64,000 bases of DNA from Oopsacas minuta (Eukaryota; Animalia; Porifera), in NCBI GenBank assembly GCA_024704765.1, contig JAKMXF010000221.1, forward strand, positions 310,001 through 374,000, written 5' to 3'. Below are positions 58,363 through 64,000 of the stretch, in pieces. The notes below the pieces were generated by a model. It saw only the letters and a program-made list of their open reading frames with translations, made no database searches and was not told the DNA's origin. How positions within the stretch are numbered: the stretch's first letter is position 1; every line of letters starts with the position of its first letter. The position numbers were made by a program, and so were the translations under genes.

Positions 58363-60501
58363 ATGCCAGCATTAAAAGCATTCAAGCGTCGTTGGCCATT
58401 TGGCAGCGATGACTTAGTATTCCCTGGTGTAATCTCTTGCATTACACGTATACTGGCTACGATAATGATGGTAGCTCTAGCATGGAAGTTCCAGCTAATT
58501 TATGGAGAGAGGTGTCAAGCAAATGCTCTATTATTCATCTACCTAGCAGGGATATTATTCCTGAACCTGTTAAGTTGTTGTAACGACGGTGCTATTGCTT
58601 TTGTCAGCAGTAGAGGCTCAATAACTAATACAAGAAAGCGTAGCAGCATACCAACTCTACTACACATAAGATTAATAGTACTTGTATGTGAACTCATATG
58701 GACAATGGCGGGTACATTCTTTGTGCTACAAGCTTCTAACAATATGCAAAAATGTGCACCCAATCACGTAGAGAAGATGTTCTGGATATCTCTAGGAATT
58801 AACCTTGTAGCTTGGGGATTAGTGTTTATATTCACTATTTCCTCTCTAGTCTACTTTGATCCATGTAGGCTGTATAAGACCCCATTTACTCCGAAAGACT
58901 TTGGACTCAGTACTAGAGATGCAGACCCCGTGGATTCGGATAGAGTACCTTTATTACGGCCAGAGGTATGTCAGAGTTCTATTCATTATACAGAACGTAA
59001 ATGGCAACATTTGATATCAATATTCTGCTGCTGTCTAGGCAAGTCAAGGGATCAAGAAGTACACAGAGCAGCTTATTCAGCTCTTGCTCGTGTGCTGGCT
59101 AATATACTCTCTGACTTAAATCATGCAGTACCCTCTGACGTAGCTGCTGGTCTATCTCTTCTACAACGTGAGCAACAAGAGCTGCTAGACCACGGGATAG
59201 ATCCAGGCCGTCTTAGAAGAAAGATGGATACTCTCCAAGAATTAAACAATTTCGAAGATCCAGAACAGTTTCTGAATAATATCCTCAAAGACGATCTTCC
59301 TCCTCTCGATTTGAGTCATCGAGATGACTACTACACCATGGATAACGTGATACACTACATGGACTATGCATGTGCTGCATACGGATGGCTCCTCTACGTC
59401 TACACAAATCCTCTAACCTGGCATATGCGGTTATTCAAACACAAACGGAGCATGCAAGATGGGAAATCTCCAACTGAGATTCCTATTCTAGGAGATAACT
59501 CATGTCTCCTTAACTTCACTAGCTTATTAACCCAGGCTAACCTCAGAGTTGAAGATATCCTATTCGTATCATTTGAGAATGCTATCTATGAAACTCCTTT
59601 CTTCGTTGCTTTCGATCATTCTCGTGCTTCAGTTGTGATATCATGTCGTGGAACCTTATCACTTGAAGATGCTATAACAGACATAAGTGCTACTCAAGAA
59701 GCTCTGCCATTAGACGGATTCTCTGAGGAATACTACGCTCATAAAGGCTTCGTTATATCTGCCAGGAAGATACAAACTAAGCTAGAGAGAGATGAGATTC
59801 TAGTGAAAGCTCTAACCATACATCCTGACTACAAGGTAGTGGTTGTAGGTCACTCATTAGGTGCTGGGTGTGCCTCAGTCCTGGCTATTTTACTTAAACA
59901 AACTCATCCCAACATCAAGTGTTATGCCTACGCGCCCCCAGGATGTCTAATCAGCAAGAAGACCTATGAATACAGTCAAGGCTTTGTGACGTCACTAGTT
60001 ATGGGAAAAGATATTGTACCTAGGTTAAGTGAGCAGAACGGACATGAACTGAAAGCTAATCTCATCAGATTATTGGAACTAGAAACTCAGCCAAAATACT
60101 ATATCCTATTAAGGAATATTCTAGAAAATCTAGGCATATGGTGCAGAAAGGTTAGTCATTATCGTGAATTGAGACAGAGGATCTTACGCGCTAACGAGTC
60201 GGACACTATGCTTAATTCGTTCTGGAACAGTGCTAGCGGATACTCCCCTGTTCCCCCCTCTAGGATAACCAAACAGCTGGTGTTACCCGGTCGAATTATC
60301 TATGTTATACCTAGCGAACAGTCACCTCTCTTGTTCTGGAAGAAAAAGGACTATACGCTAAAATGGGCAGAACCAAGTGACTTTCAAGTTCTCTTGGTAG
60401 GACCTGCCATGCTAGCAGATCACCTGCCAGACAGAATGTCAAAAGCTCTGAGAAGAATTAAAAAGTCTAAACTCAAAAGTTCCTCTGTTGTGGAAATTTA
60501 A
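58363..60501 (+). CDS. DAGL: Diacylglycerol lipase (DAGL-beta-like length), intronless
   Basis: RRWPFGSDD, four N-terminal TM segments, RGTLSLEDAITD, AHKG, GHSLG nucleophile motif, DIVPRL, DHLP. Confidence 0.92.
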   Translation: MPALKAFKRRWPFGSDDLVFPGVISCITRILATIMMVALAWKFQLIYGERCQANALLFIYLAGILFLNLLSCCNDGAIAFVSSRGSITNTRKRSSIPTLLHIRLIVLVCELIWTMAGTFFVLQASNNMQKCAPNHVEKMFWISLGINLVAWGLVFIFTISSLVYFDPCRLYKTPFTPKDFGLSTRDADPVDSDRVPLLRPEVCQSSIHYTERKWQHLISIFCCCLGKSRDQEVHRAAYSALARVLANILSDLNHAVPSDVAAGLSLLQREQQELLDHGIDPGRLRRKMDTLQELNNFEDPEQFLNNILKDDLPPLDLSHRDDYYTMDNVIHYMDYACAAYGWLLYVYTNPLTWHMRLFKHKRSMQDGKSPTEIPILGDNSCLLNFTSLLTQANLRVEDILFVSFENAIYETPFFVAFDHSRASVVISCRGTLSLEDAITDISATQEALPLDGFSEEYYAHKGFVISARKIQTKLERDEILVKALTIHPDYKVVVVGHSLGAGCASVLAILLKQTHPNIKCYAYAPPGCLISKKTYEYSQGFVTSLVMGKDIVPRLSEQNGHELKANLIRLLELETQPKYYILLRNILENLGIWCRKVSHYRELRQRILRANESDTMLNSFWNSASGYSPVPPSRITKQLVLPGRIIYVIPSEQSPLLFWKKKDYTLKWAEPSDFQVLLVGPAMLADHLPDRMSKALRRIKKSKLKSSSVVEI

Positions 60502-60733
60502 GGCACTACTGAAACCTGGATAAACCATGGACAAATACGATCAACTAATTCAGCAGTATCCAACCATGTATGCACGCTATTTGATGTGATCTTTATAATA
60601 TAACTCATTCTTGATCTGTTCACAACCGATTTTATATTGAACACTAATCTATACGTAATTATAATATTTTGTATAATATGGAGTGGAGGGAAGTGAAAGT
60701 CCTAAATATTTATCTTGTATTAGATTGTAGGAC

Positions 60734-61200
60734 ATGGCAACTCAAGCCGATAAACTGGAAAACACTAACGATTCTTTCCTCAGGAAAACAGCTATAATCC
60801 GACAAGGGCTAGATACAAGTTACAAAGAGTATCACATCTCTCTAGATAAGAGGAAACAAGAATTGGTAACTGAACTGGACACGACAGAGGCTGAGTATAA
60901 GAAGAATAAGCTAGAACATAAGCAAAAACTACTAGCAATAGAATATAACCTAACACATCAAACAACAAACTGAACCATTCAAATCTATGGAGAATAGTTT
61001 GCTACCAGAAGTTACAAACAAATATTATCACTCGAACAAGAGTACATGGATGGAAAACTGACATTAATTTCGTCCTTTCTAAATCTTGTGGATTCCATGG
61101 TTCAAATGATAGTGTATTCAAAAGATCAGTGCGGATCCAGGGAATGGAGATGTGTATGTTTGTGTTGAAGGGAGAAACATACATGTGCTTACAATTATTT
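60734..61200 (+). pseudogene. Frameshifted fragment: coiled coil plus an NHL-like remnant
   Basis: 79-aa coiled-coil ORF stops at 60973; coding-like text continues in shifting frames (EPFKSMENSLL..., ILSLEQEY..., ADPGNGDVYVCVEG). Confidence 0.45.
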
Positions 61201-61427
61201 TGTTATATCATAATCAATAAAGATGTTTCCTGTTCTATCAGTTAATATTAGAATTACAGCAGTAAGAAAGTCTATAGACGGATACGTATAAACTCCAGCA
61301 AATGTTAAAATAACTTTACATTACCTCAATATGTAACAAATACCACTCAGTTAAAATCTTGGATTAAATTAATACACTACTTGCCTCCAAACAGTACAAA
61401 GTATTAATAATAACCACACCTGTGTGA

Positions 61428-64000
61428 CTAGACAGATGAGCTGTTGAGTAGATAGACAAAGTTCTTTAATACTTTTGATAAGTCTTGACCGTGGACAATA
61501 TCTGCCGCAGTGCACATGTAATTCTGTAGGAATTTTGGATAATTATTTGCATGCATTTATGACTCGTATTTCCTATTATTTTGTATTTTATGTGCTTACC
61601 GTGGGTACTCTCAGGTACTGACAACCTTCCAGAAATTTCTCAATATTCAATGTGACTTGTATTGTAGATAATACCTTGAAAGAGAAGTATAATAAGACAG
61701 TAAACATATTTAAACTATTTCTGTTTACTTTATTCTTCTCAGGAACATGAACAGGCACGAGGTTAGGTTGAACTAAGTTTACTAGCTTGCACGCTAATAC
61801 ACCATCTTGAATAAAAGTGTCAAAATCTTGTATTTCTATTCCTATTCTATCTTTTACTTCCTATATAATTCAATTGTAAATATCTCATTAATATTTATTA
61901 ACAAGAACTTACTGAGACAACATAATCTATTTGTGAAGTGAGAATATGAACGTTATATTCTCTCCGTTTAATTGTCAGGTTTCCTTGATCTTCCGTTGGT
62001 GAACACCTCTTAGTTTTAAAGTATTTATCTGAATCATGGGCTGCACCTGAATTTCCTTTGTCTATAGAAAGTTTAGCAACTTGTCCCTTTTCAGAAGCCA
62101 GTTTTGAGCTGAGCTGTTTCGTGAATGTTCGGGGAGGAGGTGGGGGTGGAGTTGACTTAGATAAATCTCTCTGTTCCTGAGGTATGAGAGTGGATACTAA
62201 TATTTCCCGGGGCTCTGGAGAAGCTTTAGGGGTAGGAGTATCTGACACAGTACTGGCATCACTAGCTGGAGAGGGAGGCCTCTCTGGAGGTTGTTTATCT
62301 AAGGTGCAATTAGCCAAATTTCAATTTAATGAATAAACTTCTAAAGTAAATACTAGCTTAATTATGTATTATATTTCCCTTAAATACAGCCAAACAACTC
62401 ACAACAGCTTTTCTATAACATTAATTTCAAGCTAGAATGGTTTAAGGAGCCTGTAGAGTTCTATGTAGTGTGTTTGGCTGTATTTCCGTTAATCAAGAAT
62501 ATACAACTAACTGTGATTTTAATGAACAAACTTGAAACTAGTTATAGAAAAGCTGTAACTGACTGCAGGGCAATAGCACTAGCTAGCTAGTTAAATATAC
62601 AGAATTCTAACAAACATATTATATATAATTGATGGGTCTCTCATCAGTTGTCACACATCATACTCACTTTGTGGATTGCTGTTTTTGGTGCGGTTTCTAT
62701 CGTCCATGGTTGCGTCAGGAGTATGGCTTATATATTTGTTAGACTAAAGTAGAAATTTTATAATATATCGTGTGGATAAAATATATTATAAAATACTGAC
62801 TGTAGATCTCCTGAGATCTGTGACGTAAGCATAAGGTGCCGCGAAGTAGTTCGCACTGGTGGAAGAACTTCTTGTTGATTCTGCTCTAGCTACTTGATTG
62901 ATTTGTCTGTGTATGAGTTTGGTGGATTGTCCTTCCTATTAGAATACGATTAAGTAATATAGAAGTCAATAAGGTTATGCAATTGTTTACTGAATTACCT
63001 CTTGACTATTTTCCAAGCTCTTCCTAGTATCAAGTCTAAAGAATAGATACATAATACTTAGCTATTACATAAGTAACTAAATTATACATACGGAGGATTG
63101 TTGACATGCTCATCAGATCCAGAATTCTCAAATGGTCGTCTCATGAAGGGACTCATTTTAAGGACGGGTCTAACCCTGGGCTGAATACGCAGACTCGCGG
63201 AGCCCTCGTGTTCTCCAGTAGGTGTTACGGACCGTCTGACTGTACGTGGGAGAGTAGCGTACATGCTGAGAACTGGTTTCTGTTCAGCTATCAAAGAGAA
63301 TGCAATAAATATCACTAAACATTAAATATTGATAATATTTAATAGAATTACAATCGTATTGACTTGATTTTCTCTTCATTTCTGATTTCCTAGTACGCTT
63401 TGGTCTCAGTAGTCCCTCAGAGTGTTTGTTATCATCTTTCTAAAGATTAAAAGATAATTAAAGTTTTTATTCAGAAGTAAATGAGTGAATTTATTATTTC
63501 TGCAAACTCACTCCAAATCCTACTTCCACATCCTCATTCGAGTTATGATTAATTCTCAGAAAGTCTAGATATATAGAGTTGTAATCCTGTCCATGAGAGC
63601 TGTCTACTCTCGTAAAACTCTCCTGTACATCTGGTGTAGTGAGTTTGTAATCATCAAGCTATATAGCAATGCATCGATCATATTAAATGTTATTATTACT
63701 AAAATTACCGATATTTATTCTGTTTACTTATTTATTTGATATAATAATATCTACATACATTTGTTCAATAGCTAATTCAATTAATAAACTATATTAAGAT
63801 GTTTTCTTAACTTCAGTGAGACAGCATAGAGGGATGTACCCTTTCATTTCCTCCTCTCCTCTTATTCGTATGCAATAACACCAGAAACTAATGAACGACA
63901 CCCCCAGCACTTGATCACCTTTGACAACGCTGAGCTTCTTGCCTGAGCACCATGGATACCATAAACACGCAAATATATTCAGCTTTAATACACCCAATAT
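61428..64000 (-). CDS. 3' part of a multi-exon gene: SH3-like domain, Pro-rich linker, C-terminal LRCH-type calponin-homology domain
   Basis: SH3-like KLSVVKGDQV...WCYC...KGYIPLCCL. CH domain from spliced YVVS|EVKDRIGIEIQDFDTFIQDGVLACKLVNLVQPNLVPVHVPEKNK|VLSTIQVTLNIEKFLEGCQYLRVPT|NYMCTAADIVHGQDLSKVL; stop at 61428-61430. Confidence 0.7.

Overview
AT-rich, very gene-dense animal nuclear DNA: about 38 protein genes in 64 kb, GT-AG introns mostly about 45-100 nt, and many intronless genes. The gene content and compactness resemble a glass-sponge-type (hexactinellid) genome; this taxonomic call is inference only. No rRNA, tRNA, CRISPR array or intact transposon was recognised. Four things stand out. 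(1) The apparently separate minus-strand ORFs at 5.9-15.5 kb splice in frame into one roughly 2,900-aa protein with two atypical bromodomains followed by about 8-10 copies of an unrecognised beta-hairpin/HTH-like motif. (2) Gene nesting is extreme: the Twinkle helicase gene carries eight genes in its introns, six of them in one 6.9-kb intron, and ETFDH, CNNM and SELENOT each host one antisense gene. (3) From 15.8 to 60.5 kb all non-nested genes lie on the + strand, often 70-200 nt apart. About 21 of 36 start codons have a splice-acceptor-like AG within 6 nt upstream, suggesting operon-like transcription resolved by spliced-leader trans-splicing. (4) A selenoprotein T gene with an in-frame UGA and a SECIS-like hairpin is missed by the ORF track. 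Gene symbols come from remembered family motifs, not database searches.
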